A stretch of 64,000 bases of DNA from Heterodontus francisci (lineage: Eukaryota), in contig NC_090393.1 in the NCBI RefSeq assembly GCF_036365525.1, positions 54,886,488 through 54,950,487 on the forward strand. Direction: 5' to 3'. The position numbers and the translations under genes are program-made. This document shows, one piece after another, positions 12,710-25,341 of this stretch. The notes under the pieces are model-generated. The model saw nothing but the letters and a program-made list of their open reading frames with translations, had not been told where the DNA came from and did not search any database. Positions within the stretch are counted from its first letter, which is position 1. Every line of letters begins with the position of its first letter.

Positions 12710-13785
12710 GATTAACTAACTAACAGGAAACAGAAGGTTGGGATAAATGGCTCAATTTCAGGTTGGCAAACTGTAACTAGTGAGGTGTCACAGGGATCCG
12801 TGGTGGGGCTTCAATTATTTACAAACTACATTAATGACTTGAATTAAGGGACCGAGTGCACTGTAGCCAGGTTTGCTGATGATACAAAGATAGGTTGGAA
12901 AGCAAGTTCGAAGCAGGACACAAAGTGTCTTCAAGAGGATACAGATAGGTTAAGTGAGTCGACAGAATTTAGCAGATGGAGTATAATGTCATAAAATGTG
13001 AGTTATTCCACTTTGGTAAGAATAGGACAACAAAATATTACTTAAATGGAGAAAGACTTCAGAATACTGTGGTACAGAGGGATCTGGGTGTCCTCATACA
13101 TGAAATGCAAAAGGTTAGCATGCAGGTACAGCAAGTAATTAGGAAGGCAAATGATGCTGATCATTACTGTAAGGGAGATGGAGTCTTGCCACAACTGTAC
13201 GGGGCCTTTGTGAGACCATATCTAGAGTACTGCAGACAGTTATGGTCTCCTTATTTAAGGAGGAATATACTTGCATTGGGGAGCAGTTCAGAGAAGGTTC
13301 ACAAGGATGATTCCTTGAATGAAGGGATTTCTTAGGAAGAAAATTTGAGCAGGTTGGGCCAATACTCATTGGAATATAGAAGAAATAGAAGTGATGTTAT
13401 TGAAACATATATGGTTCTGAGGAGTCTTGGCAAGGTAGATGCTGCGAGGGTGTTCTCCCACGTGAGGGAATCTATAACTAGGGGGCATAGTTTCACAATA
13501 AGGGCTCGCCCGTTTAAAACGGAGATAAGAAGCAATTTCTTCTTTCAGAGGTTCATGAATCTTTGGAATTCTCTACTCCAGAGAGCTAGGGAAGCTGACT
13601 CATAGAGTATAACCAAGGCTGAAAGAGACAGATTTTTGAAACCTAGGAAAGTCAAGTGTTATGGGGAAAAGGCAGGAAAGTGCAGTTGAGGCCAAGAGCA
13701 GATCAGCCATGATCTTATTGAGTGATGGAACAGGCTCGAAGAGTCGTATGGCCTACTCTTCCTCCTATTTCTTATGTCTCTTATC
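12710..13785 (+). mobile_element. CR1 LINE 3' part
   Basis: Decayed PQGS/FADD; RPYLEYC; WNSL; CR1 3' UTR. Confidence 0.9.
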
Positions 13786-14781
13786 TGCCTTGACTATTAA
13801 TAATTCGGATTGTATCTTTCCTGGCTCCTGTATTGCAAGTTGTACATTTAGTACCAGCTGCAATGCAATGTTGGAGGTGACAACAGACAAAGCACTCCGT
13901 GCATGAGCGGACCGCAACTTCCTCTTTTAGATCCATGTTCGCGTCAATATTTTACCGACTTCATTTTTATTTTCGGTTAATCAAAAAAATCTGAAAAATA
14001 TATCAACATCACGTGAAACGAGTAACTAAACGGTGTGGTTAATACACGCTGTAATGCAATTCAATGTCATGGCGAGAGCATCGAAGTTACGCTGAGGGAA
14101 AACTGCGCATAGATTTAGTTAAGAAGAATGAACATAGCTTTCAGTAAAGCTGAGTGTATCATGTTTGAACAACTAGGCTACCCTATATATGTCATTTCCC
14201 CATTCTATTTTGCACTTCGAATCAAAGCCGTTCAAGCCGACAGCTACTTGTAAAAATGTGTAACTTTCTCCTGAGAAATCAAAGCATGTTAGAGTCTGTT
14301 AAATTACTTTGATCTCATCACATTGAATTAACGTTAGTGAAGGTGGAGGAGGGGAGATTTTCTCTCGGCGCTATGTAGACAGTTACTTAGGAAGCTCACG
14401 ATTTCATTACAGGAGAAATCTGCCACTATATTCCTTCTAATACCCTTCAAGTAATTTTCCTACATGTCGCTGGGATTCTTTAAACATCATACAAGTTTTT
14501 TTTAATTGTTATGAAATACAATTTGGGATGTCCCCTGAGAGGAATACTGATCTTTCACTATACGGTGTCAATATCAAGGGCTCCCAAAAAAGCGACAAAT
14601 GAGATTCAGAATAAACCTTCGCTGCGGAGCCTCAAAATGTATAGTAGCATTGTTGATGCGAGGGTGAAGGTTCCATATATTCCACAGTCCTAGTGAACGT
14701 CTTTGTCCGTTTCAATAAGTAGAAGCAATTCTGACCCCTCATCCCTACTCCTCGACAATACAACAAAAGTCCTGCTGCCTG

Positions 14782-15021
14782 TTTCTTCATCCAGAGAGTG
14801 GTGAGCCTGTGGAATGCGCTACCACAGAAAGCAGTTGAGGCCAAAACACTGTATGTTTTCAAAAATGAGTTAGATATAGCTCTTGGGTCTAAAGGGATCA
14901 AAGGGTATGGGGCGAAAGCCGGAATAGGCTACTGAGTTGGACGATCAATCATGAGCATAATGAATGGCGGAGCAGGCTCGAAAAGCTCAATGGTCCACTC
15001 CTGCTCCTAGTTTCTATGTTC
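14782..15021 (+). mobile_element. CR1 3' fragment
   Basis: RVVSLWNALP plus 3' UTR; absent from the matching site in duplication unit 1. Confidence 0.85.
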
Positions 15022-15686
15022 TTTAACTTCGGTCTCCTACCCATATAAGGAAGGTAAATAGAGTTTAGGTACAGATAAACCGTGTCCTATTTGAAGGCCG
15101 GAGTTGGCTCAAGGGGCGGAATGGCCTGCTCCTATTCCTAACTTCTTTCGACTTCTCAGTCCTTAGCGAGCTTTCTCGTCTTAATGGGGATCGGACCATT
15201 GTTCCTCTGAACTTTCCTCTCCTGTTTCTCCTAAGTCCTGAATATAACCCTTCTTTTGCGTCCGTGAATCTCGTTGTGTACAGTCTCCTTTTCCAGTTCA
15301 TTTTTGTACTAATCTTGGAACTGTGGAACTCAATTTTTGCCTCAATCTTTCTTCCCACTTGCAATCTTCAGCCTATTGAACCATAGAACGAGCATCACCT
15401 AATACTGAAAATCTGAAATAACCGCAGAAAATGTTGGAAATCCTCAGCGGGTCTGGCAGTATCTGTGGAGAAACAGAGTTAACGTTTCAGGTCGAGGACT
15501 TTTCGGCAGGACAGTATTTCCCGCATTTTCTGTTTTATTCACCTGACAACTAATTATTAGTTCAACTCTTTTATTTTGCCCCTGTTCTGCCCTGCCGCTA
15601 TCCTATTTCAGTTTTCTGATATCTTGCTTTCCCAGATTGAAATATTGACTGGAATGTGCCTTGCTGAAATGTCAGTCATCATATCA

Positions 15687-15767
15687 CCAATGGTCGGTTG
15701 ACACGTGAATTATATTTGCATAAATAATGATTGTAAAATGACGTTGCAATGCCCGAAACCTCTTAAA
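15687..15767 (+). promoter_or_regulatory. Ig light-chain V promoter (octamer)
   Basis: ATTTGCAT octamer in light-chain orientation at 15714-15721, about 120 bp before the leader ATG; CCAAT 15687-15691; E-box CACGTG 15702-15707; TGACGT(TGCAAT) 15739-15750; TTAAA TATA-like near 15763. Confidence 0.85.
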
Positions 15768-15842
15768 GCGAAGTTCAGAAACAGCCGAGGTAGGTTGCAG
15801 CCAGGAAACATTTTCTTTCTGATCTTCGCCAAGATTTCCACA

Positions 15843-15891
15843 ATGACTGCGTGGGTTGGAGTTCTTGCCGTGCTGGTTCTCTGTCTCCACA
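15843..15891 (+). CDS. Ig light chain leader exon (exon 1)
   Basis: ATG...MTAWVGVLAVLVLCLH + A, followed by canonical donor GTAAGT at 15892; phase-1 intron of 149 nt ending TTTCGCCAG at 16040. Confidence 0.95.
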
Positions 15892-16040
15892 GTAAGTACA
15901 GGGCTGTTCAAACCGTCCATATTTCAGCTTCTGATGTTCCACTGATTTATTGTTTACTTAAGTTGGATGGATCCGAATTGCACTCAGTTCTCACTGTTGC
16001 ATCGAGTGTGATTGAACAAAAAAATTTGTTATTTCGCCAG

Positions 16041-16370
16041 GTTCGAACGCGGATGCTGTCTTGACACAGCCAACATCCATCTCAACTTCCCCGGGGGAAA
16101 CCGTAAAGATCACCTGCACCATGTCCGGAGCCAACATCGGAAGCTACTACACCAGCTGGTACTGGCAGAAGCCCGGCAGTGCCCCTGTGCTTATTTGGAG
16201 TGAGAGAGATGGCAAACCTTCGAATATCCCTGGTCGATTCATGGGTTCTGTGGACGCATCGAGCAACAAGATGCATTTAACCATCACAAAAGTACAATCG
16301 GAGGATGCGGCTGATTATTACTGTTATGCAGCTAGTATCTTTGGTAAAGGAACCAAGCTGAATCTGAGCA
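16041..16370 (+). CDS. Ig light chain pre-joined VJ exon (sigma-cart/type I, NS5-like)
   Basis: (S)[25 protein letters not shown]...[14 protein letters not shown]...[42 protein letters not shown] then A|GTAAGT; both V-set Cys, the conserved Trp and the FGxG motif lie in one frame with no RSS in between. Isotype assigned from recalled similarity to shark type I/NS5 chains ([20 protein letters not shown]). Confidence 0.95.
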
Positions 16371-19300
16371 GTAAGTAATTTAGTTACGCTGTACACCTTG
16401 TGATCTTCAATTATCCGGTTTCGATTCTTCTTTCAAGGTCTGGCGTAAAGGCATTTGTGTCCAAGCATTTTGTTCCATTTGCGAAATGTCCGTCGAATGA
16501 TTTATACGAAACGTAACTTGAAAACTATACTTTTTGGTAGATTGTATTGATTTTCGTCAAGTTAAGCCTAAATAAGTGTATTTACTTAAAATACAATAAC
16601 GCAGCATCAGCCACAAAGAGACGGGTAGCCCGTTTGAATTGACTTACTCCAGTGTCTATCGCCCCACTACTGTCAAGCGTTAGAGAAGGTTTAAGATGTA
16701 AAGGGCAAAATCCCAACTGAATTACTGGGATGAAAATCGAGTCTGTTCTGCAACTGAGGGGCAATTAACTCCACTAGATTACCGCCCAGTCTGTGAAGGG
16801 AAAATTACTGCAACTATCGTCAAAGTCTCTGAATTAAGCGGAGCCACACAGTAATAAGATGTTCTCAGCCCTATATTTCACATGAATCCATTATTTCTGT
16901 AGTAACCAGGCACTTGTAGCAGTTTTAACGAGTATTTATAGTACATATGGATTGTATATACAGTGAAATAACTCACACTGTTTGACACGATGCCGATATT
17001 GTAAAAACTCACAGAACTTTACAATCAAATCCGAAAAATAAAATAGTGCAGATGCTAGAAATATGAAATAAAAGCAGAAAATGCTGGAAACGCTCAGCGG
17101 GTCCGGATTGCTAAGGTTTTATACATAAATATTCGCTAGGTTTCTGATGAAGGATTTTATATATATATGTATGTATATAATTTTTTTTAAACTTAACCTT
17201 TTTCCGTGCCATCAAATCGATATATTTTAGTAAATAATGCTTTGAAATACATTTTCAGTTTTTATGTTGTTTATTCTGCATTTCTGCTAACTAAATGTGC
17301 TCATTCGGAAAACTACCAATACAGATAACTGCAGATGTTCGGTCGGCATTTTAAATCAGTCATTCTGCTGTATTACGGTCCAGTCGTCTAGAACCCAAGG
17401 AATAAAGCAGAGACTCCACCATTTGCAGCGGTCCCACCATTAAATCCACTGGAAATTAGATCCAATCATAGCGTAATAGTGTAAATAGATTGGGGGGCTT
17501 CAGATTCGAACTTAATATATATATATATGAGCTGCTAGCAGCATTTGCTCAATAAACCTACGGGATTCCAGAGATTTCTGTCCCAAACTGCTCTGTGTCA
17601 AGGTTGATAAATCCGTGTTACTGCCTGGTCTTTACACCACTTGTGACACTTTTATAAAGTTCTTTTAGCATTTAAGTTATAATTCAAGGGGGACGCATCA
17701 AGATGACGGTCTCATAGCCAATACACTAGATTTCGAACAAGTTCTTCTTCTTGACAAGCTTATTTTGGTGATGCCACTATTATAACTAACGCAGTACCTG
17801 GTGTCAATTTGCAGTCTGCCTGAAAGACTGCCGCTGCGTAAATTATCCTTCCCAAATATTTATTGGTGCTGATCATGAAGTGAAAGTAATAAATACAGTG
17901 TGAAAGGAACAACTGCTTCCACAGAGCGCGAGACATTCATTATACCGAAGAGTGAATGCCCCAGCTTTTAAGTCCTTTTCATTATAATAAACCTATTTTG
18001 TTATTACTTCCGTGCTTGATCGACAGCTTCTAGGGGATGTAAACATGTTGATACAAGTAGTCCTTCTTTTAGAGCTCATTTTTGTGGCAGTTCATCTTCA
18101 TTCTTTGACATCGGTTATATTTTAGAATTAGAATCCTAGGAAGGTTTATTTTAAATATGACTGAAATTATTATCGTAATTGCTTTGAATGATGTTATTGG
18201 GAAATCATAACTTTAAGAATTATTTTTCCATAGCGATCCTTATTTATTTTTGCTATAAATGACTTTAAATATTGACACTGGAGAACATGTTGATTACCAT
18301 ATTTTGAGCATGAAATCTTATTCCGACAGTGTTTTCAAGTTCTTAACGCCGCTTAGTCACAGTCAGAAGGGACAGAAAATTGTAGAAAGGGCGGTTCAAG
18401 CACAGCGGCCAAGAGCAATAATAATTCCGAACATAAAATCTTGGTTAAAGTTTTCCAACTTGATTGAGGAATATTGTGAAAATTGCTCACAGAGGCGGCC
18501 AATCCAGACGCGTAATGAATTAAACAGGCTGGTATTTTTTTTGTGGGAATAATATTTTTATTCTCATGATCCGAGTATTTGTCCTTTCGAAGAAGCTTCG
18601 CCAAAATGATCATGCGTTAATACTTGTGGAATAAGGAGAAAATCAGGGTTAAATAGATTATAATGAACTGATGTAGCCAAAAAACTAGCATTGATACAAG
18701 CACTATTGGCACAATGGCATCCTTGGGTGATGTAATGTCTATAAATCTACGACTGAACCTAAATTAGATGCATTCTGAGTCTGGTGGTACCTCGCATCAA
18801 ATGATTGTCCTTTGCTAATGTGATTATTAAGTCTGATTAAATTCGAGACCTACATTTTCTTAATCAGCGGTTTTAATCCTCAGTCATAGAGTGATAGATT
18901 CCGTGATTCTTAATACTGAAGCATTGAGTGGCCAGTAAGTCAACCCGATCGTAATCCCGTCAGGTTCCATACTTACTGGGCACAGTTTCCGTGAGAGTTT
19001 ATCCGATCTCATTGGTGGCAGCTCGGCAGTTTCTCCAGGGAAACAGTTTTAAGTTGTCCCCGATATTCAATGAAATTACAAGAGCTCTATAGGAATTCCA
19101 CCAACCGATCAATTAGAATATACACTTGCTAAATTACGTAGGGCGGCTATTCATTACTTTATTGAGCCTCGAAATTATGCCCGTTCCTGAGAGATACCAC
19201 TGTGAAACGGATGCGTCTGCTAACAGTTTTTTGGTATAGTTCAAAGTATGGTTATTTGAATTGGACTATGACATCGTGCAATATTCACAAGTCTTTAAGA

Positions 19301-19599
19301 AACGTCATTAAAACACAAAAATGTTTACTCTCAGCCTGTGCAATATTCCTGCAAATAAATATTTTACCATCAGTTAGGTCCTTACAGATATTTTTCCAAG
19401 TTATATTTTTAACTTTCGAAACTGCGAGTCCCATACGTGTTTGCTGAATGTTCTTAAGCCATCATTGTGAAGTATTTCTAATCCGTGTGTACAATTGAAT
19501 GTTAAAAGGTAACAAAAAGGCAAGACTTTGGTTTTCGACAGCCAACATGCGACTCTGAGCGACTCTTCGCTCACTCTTACATTCTTTTCTATTTTCCAG

Positions 19600-19922
19600 A
19601 TCCGAGAGGCCCCTCGGTGTCCGTTCTTCCGCCTGCATCGGATCAAATTGCAGCAAAGAACACGGCGACCCTGGTGTGTTTGGTGAGCGGTTTTAACCCG
19701 GGAGCTGTGGAGATTGAGTGGACTGTAGATGGCAGTGTGAGAGGGAATGGTGTTGAGACCAGTCGGATCCAGCAGGAGACGGACAACACGTTCAGCGTGA
19801 GCAGTTATCTGACTCTGCCAGCCTCAGAGTGGAACTCACACGAGCTTTACTCCTGTGTGGTTAAACACGAGACTCAGGCAAACCCGCTTAAAACAAGTAT
19901 TGCTAGGTCCAGTTGTATCTGA
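19600..19922 (+). CDS. Ig light chain constant exon
   Basis: Acceptor TTTTCTATTTTCCAG|AT (phase 1, matches the J donor); (N)PRGPSVSVLPPASDQIAAKNTATLVCLVSGFNPG...W...YSCVVKHETQANPLKTSIARSSCI*; C1-set Cys pair and penultimate inter-chain Cys. Confidence 0.97.
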
Positions 19923-19973
19923 TTCGAGACTCTTTTATTGACCTGTTATACTCGTAGCAAATGTTTATTTTTA

Positions 19974-20134
19974 AATAAAGTCCTTCTTCAGATATTACAT
20001 GTTTGATTTTAAGAGTAACACTTCAAATCATAACAGATGTTCAGTTTGAAAAGATCCCGCTGACTATAACAGCGTGTTCAATCTGAACTGGTCGAAGCTT
20101 CAATGTAACGGTACAAATACTGCAGAGTAATAAA
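19974..20134 (+). terminator. Ig light chain polyadenylation signals
   Basis: AATAAA at 19974-19979 and 20129-20134; the second is also present in the paralogous pseudogene flank near 41564. Confidence 0.65.
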
Positions 20135-20369
20135 ATTACTTTTGCATTAACTCATGTGCAGTTAGTCTTTTCTATCCGATACCTCTGCACCAATTCGTAG
20201 CCATCTTCTAATTGTAACTAAAGGGTGAGGTTTTATTCTTTGTGATTGTATGGACATTTAGTGGAATCAGTCAGAACAGTGACTTTAGAGACACGACGAT
20301 GACTATTAGTTTGACATTTCGGGGAAAAATCTTACAATATATATTTAAATGCAAATTTGTTTAAATTCA

Positions 20370-21075
20370 TAGTGTAACACTGAATTTACAGCACAGAAAG
20401 AGGCCATTCGGCCGAACTGGTCTATGCCATTTGGTATCAAGTTCAGGATATTAACCACTCACTGGAGAAACACGCTTTTCCTGCATTTTTTATTGGATTT
20501 ATTAGCGACTTTCATGTTTATGGCCCTGGTATTGTATTCCCCACAAGTGCAGCCGGCTTTTCTAAAAATACCATATCAAACACATTCGTACTAGGTCATG
20601 CGTCAAAAGAAAAGAGCCCCAGGCTATTCAGTATTTCCTGATAGTCATACCCTCTCAATTGTGATATTGTTATCGCAAATCCCTTTTGCCCGGTCTTCAG
20701 TGCCTCTATATCCTTTTTGTAATTTGAAGACCAGAACTGTACGCAGTTCTCTAAAATGCTGGCTAACCAAGATTCTGCACAAGTTTAACTTAGCTTCCCT
20801 GCATTTCAATTATATTCCTCTAAAAATGAACCCCAGTGCATAGTTTGCATTTTATGTTCTTGTTAACTTGCGTTGTTACTTTTTATGATTTGTGAATATG
20901 TACCCCTCGATCCCTTTGTTCTTTTGCACCATTTAATCTCTTATTTTCCGAGGAGTATGTGGCTTCTGGATTTCTCCTATCAAAAGGCACCATCTCACTT
21001 ATTATATGGAAAATCCTTCGTCTTTTACATGTTTATTGATGGTTTCATGTATTTTGTCACAGTCTTCAATATTCT
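20370..21075 (-). mobile_element. Old CR1 3' fragment
   Basis: Reverse-strand CR1 tail (CAGCACAGAAAGAGGCCATTCGGCC) and decayed ORF2 end. Confidence 0.7.
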
Positions 21076-21078
21076 TCT

Positions 21079-24000
21079 GGAGTGCACATCCTGTGCTATG
21101 TGGGAACTCAAGGACACTTCCCATGTATAGGAAGTGTCTTCAGTTGCAGCAGCTTAAGCTCAGGGTTTCGGAACTTGAGCAGCAGCTGGCATCACTGCAG
21201 TGTATTCTTTAGGTTGAGAGCATGTTTATAGATGTGGTCACCCCGCAGTTTAACAGTATGCAGGGAGAAAGGGAATGGATGAACACCAGAAAATCAAGTA
21301 GAAATAGGCAGGTAGTGCAGGAGTCCCCCGAATGCATCCCACTCTCCAATCGGTATTCAGTCCTGAATACAGATGAAAGTGATGTTTCATCTGGAGAGTG
21401 CAGCCAGAGCCAGGTCAATGGCACCACAGATAGCTCAGATGTACAGGTTGGTACAAAGAAGACTGGAAGAGCACTAGTGATAGGTGATTCGATAGTTAGG
21501 GGACACGTGTTCAATAGTTAGACACGTGTTTCTGTGGCTGCACAGTGAATCCAGGATGGTACATTGCCTCCCTGGTGCCAGGGTCAAGGATGTCCTTAAG
21601 CAGCTGCAGAGCACCCTGAGGGGAGACAGTAAACAGCCAGCAGTCATGGTACACATTGGTATGAATGACATAGACCGAAAGAGGAATGTGGTCCTGTAGT
21701 CAGAATTTAGGCACCTAGGTAGGTAATTAGCAAGCAGGACCTCAAAAGTAGCAATCTCTAGATTACTCCCAGCATCCGTGTGCAAGTGGGTATCAAAATA
21801 AGAGGATAAAGCAAATGAAAGTGTGGCTGGAAGAATGGTGCAGGAGGGAAGGATTTAGACTCTTGGGACAATGGGACAGGCTCTGGGGGAGATGGGACCC
21901 GTACAGGATTGCACCTAAATAGAGCTGGGACTGAGCTCCTTGCAGGGCAGTTTGCTCACGCTACTGGGAAGGATTTAAACTAAATTGGCAGGGGTGTGGG
22001 AACCAGGAGGAAATATCAGAGAGGAATACCAAGGTGTTCAGAATACTGGGAGAGATAGATAGCACTAGAGTGGGAATAATAAGTTATTAGGTGGAGTCAG
22101 AGTAAGGGAGAAAGTAATAAGGCCTAAATCAGGGTTAATGTGCATGTATGCAAATGTACGGAGTGTGGTTAATACGATTGGTGAATTACAGGTGCAGATT
22201 GACATGTGGGAAATGATGTTATGGCTATAGCAGAGACCTGGCTCAAAGAAGAGCAGGACTGGGTGTTAAATGTTCCTGGATGCAAGATGTTCAGGAAAGA
22301 TAGAAAAGGAAGGAAGTGGAGAGGAGTGGTTGCATTGAGTAAGGAGAATATTGCAGTGCCAGAGAGAGAGGACATCCCAGAGGGTCAAGGATGGGATCTA
22401 TTTAGCTAGAGCTAAGGAACAAAAAGGTGCAATTACATTGCTTGGTGTAGTCTATAGGCCACTGAATAGTAGAAAGGATGTGGAGGAACAAATTTGTAAG
22501 GAAATTACAGAGATATAATGGGGGACTTTAATTATCCAAATATAGACTTGGATAGTAACAGTTTAAATTTCAGAAAGGGGCAAGAGGTCCTAGATTGTGC
22601 TCAGGAAAATTTTTGGCCGTATGTTTCCAGTCCAATGAAAGGAGATGCACTGCTGGACTTGGTTCTTGGGAATGAGGTGGGCCAAGTGGATCAAATATCA
22701 GTAAAGAACATTTAAGGGACAGTAATCATCGTACCATAAGGTTTAGGTTGGTTATGGAAAAGGACAAAGAACAATCTAGAGTAAGAACAAGTAACTGGGG
22801 GAAGCTAAGTTCAATGGGATAAGAATGGATCTGGGATGAATAAATTGGAATCTAAGGTTGTCAGGAAAAACAATAGCTGAGCAATGGGCCACCTTCAAAG
22901 GAGAGATGGTTCAGGCACAGTCAAGGTATATTCCCTTGAAAGGGACAGGTAGGGCAAACAATTCCAGAGTTTCCTGGATCACAAAAGTGATAGAGATGAA
23001 GATAAGAAGAAAAAGTGTGCTTATGACAGATGTCAAGTAGGTAATACAATAGAGAACCAGGCTGAATATTCAGAGGGGAAGTGAAAAAGCAACGAAGAGA
23101 AGCAACGAGAGAATCTGAAAAGAGACTGGCAGTTAACATAAAAGGGAATCCCAAAGTCTTCTATCGGCATATAAACAGTCAAAAGGTGGTAAAAGGAGGT
23201 GTGGGGCCGAATAGGGACCAAAAAGGAGTTTTACACATGGAGGCAGGGGAATAGCTGAGGTATTAAATGAATATTTTGCATCCAAGGAAGAAGATGCTAC
23301 ATAGGCCACAGTGAAACAGGATGTAATTAATAAACTAGAAGGATTTAAAATTGATAAGGAGGTGATATTAGATAGGCTGTCCATACTTAAAGTTGATAAG
23401 TCACCTGGACCAAGCGAGATATTGAGGGAAGTGAACGTGTGGAGGAATTGGCCATAATTTTCCAGTCTTCCTTAGACTCAGGGGTGGTGCCAGAGGACTG
23501 GAGAGTTGCAAATGTTACACCCTTGTTCAAAAAAGGATGTAAAGGTAAGCCCAGCAACTATGGACCAATCAGTTTAGCTTCGGTGGTGGGGAAACATCTA
23601 GAAACAGTAATTATGGACCAAATTGTCAGATGGACAAATGCAGGTTAATTAAGGAAAGCCAGCATGGATTTGTTAAGGGAAAATCATGGTTAAATAACTT
23701 GCTGGAGGTTTTTGAAGAGGTAACAGAGAGGGATGAAGAGGGCAATGCTGTTGATGTGGTGTACACGGATTTCCAAAAGGCATTTGACAAAGTGCCGCAC
23801 AACAGACTTGTGAGCAAAGTTATAGCTCAGGGAATAAAAGGGATGGTAGCAACATGGATATGAAATTGGCTGAGTGACAGCAAACTACTGAGTGATAGTT
23901 GTGGTTAATGATGTTTTTTGGGCTGGGGGAAGGTTTGTCGTGGAGGTCCCAGGAGTCAGTGTTGGGACCCATGCTCTTCCTGATATACATTAATGACCTA

Positions 24001-25340
24001 GACCTTGGGGTACAGGGTACATATTCAAAATTTTCGGATGATACGAAACTTCGAAGCATTGTGAACTGTGAGGGGGATAGTGTAGAACTTCAAAAGGACA
24101 TAGACCATTTGGTGCAATGGCAGATAAGGGACAGATGAGCTTCAATGCGGAGAAATGTGAAGTGATTCATCTTGGTAAGAACAACATAGTGAAGCAATAT
24201 AACATAAAGGGTACAACTCTAAAGGGGGTGCGAGAGCAGAGGGACCTGAGTGCATAAGTCATTGAAGATGGCAGGATAGGCTCAGTGCAATTAACAAAGC
24301 ATACAGTATCCTTGGCCGGAATTGTACAGCCCTCCAACGAGTGGGCTGGTGGCGGGCGGGGGGGGAGGGGTCTGAGTAAAATTGAGTGGGAGGCAGGGGG
24401 CCAATCCCGAACACCTCCCACCCCTGCTGCAATTTGACACAGGGTGGCGGCGGCAAGAAATGGCCCGCCCATCCCAGGCCAATCAAGGCCCTTAAGTGGC
24501 CAATTAACTGCCACTTAAGGGCCTCCTCCCGCTACCACATGTATTTTACCCTTGGTGGCCAGAAGGCAAAGGCCTCAAGATTACCGCCTGGTAAAATCAG
24601 GCGGCCGTCCCGCAGGTTGGGAGGTGCCTTTCTGATTGGGCACCCTGTGCCCCAGAGAGGGATGCCCCCGAAGGCCCAATGGCTCCAACGCACAACACTC
24701 TTCCCCAAACCGGCCCCCTCCCTTGCCTCACCAGGGCCCAGCCAATTATCTCCAGCGAGGCCCTAAAAGCTTATCTGAGTTCCTCTTGTCTCTGATGGTT
24801 GGGTGCAGTCCCAGCAGTGGCCAGCACTCCCAGCGGTACTGCAGGGTTGAAGAGCTGCCAGCTCGCTGATTGGCCAGCAGCTTCATTAGGCTGGGCCTCC
24901 TGTCTCAAGGAGGTGGAAGTCCCACTCAAGCCACCTAAGGGCCTGGGGAGTGAGAAATACCAGCCTGGCTCCACAGGCCCAGCAGAGGCAGACTCACCCC
25001 CAACTTTTCAGCCAGTGGGTGGAGCCTCCCGCCCAACGTAAAATTCCAGCCCTAGGCTTTATTATTAGGGGCATAGTGTACAAGAGCAAGAAGGTTATGT
25101 TGAACTTGTATAAGACACTAGTTCAGCCTCAGTTGGAGTATTGCATCCAGTTTTGGGTACAGCACTTTAGGAAAGATGTGAAGGCATTGGAGAGAATACA
25201 GATTCCAGGGATGAGGAACTTCTGTTCTGAAGTTAGATTGGCGAAGTTGGGACTGTTTTCCTTGGAGAAGAGAAGGCTGAGAGGAGATTTCGATAGAGGT
25301 ATTCAAAATCATGAGGAGTCTGGACAGAGTAGTTAGGGAG
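21079..25340 (+). mobile_element. Near full-length decayed CR1 LINE
   Basis: ORF1 Cys motif/zipper and IGDSIV esterase; APE (AETWL, GDFNYP); RT (DFQKAFD, FSDD); interrupted by a MITE. Confidence 0.92.
24314..25051. mobile_element. GC-rich MITE (Harbinger-like TIRs)
   Basis: GGCCGGAATTGTAC ... GTAAAATTCCAGCC termini interrupting a CR1 reading frame, which resumes immediately after. Confidence 0.8.
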
Positions 25341-25341
25341 A

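Larger units (their letters stand above)
8909..15440 (+). repeat. Tandem segmental duplication of the Ig 5' flank (unit 1 8909-12424, unit 2 12425-15440)
   Basis: 8909-9107 matches 12425-12618; 10944-12420 matches 13792-15440; reverse complement of 10586-10746 matches 12612-12778. Confidence 0.9.

Noticed and set aside
15705-16064. 119-aa ORF from the track
   Set aside because: Read-through of promoter, leader and intron; only the leader portion is real.
19166-19204. CACTGTG heptamer in the J-C intron as an RSS
   Set aside because: No nonamer at 12- or 23-bp spacing and no J segment follows; most other heptamers seen lie inside TEs.
20349-20356. Octamer 3' of C as an enhancer
   Set aside because: Several chance octamers occur in this AT-rich window (e.g. 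10763, 46515, 55773); no supporting motif cluster.
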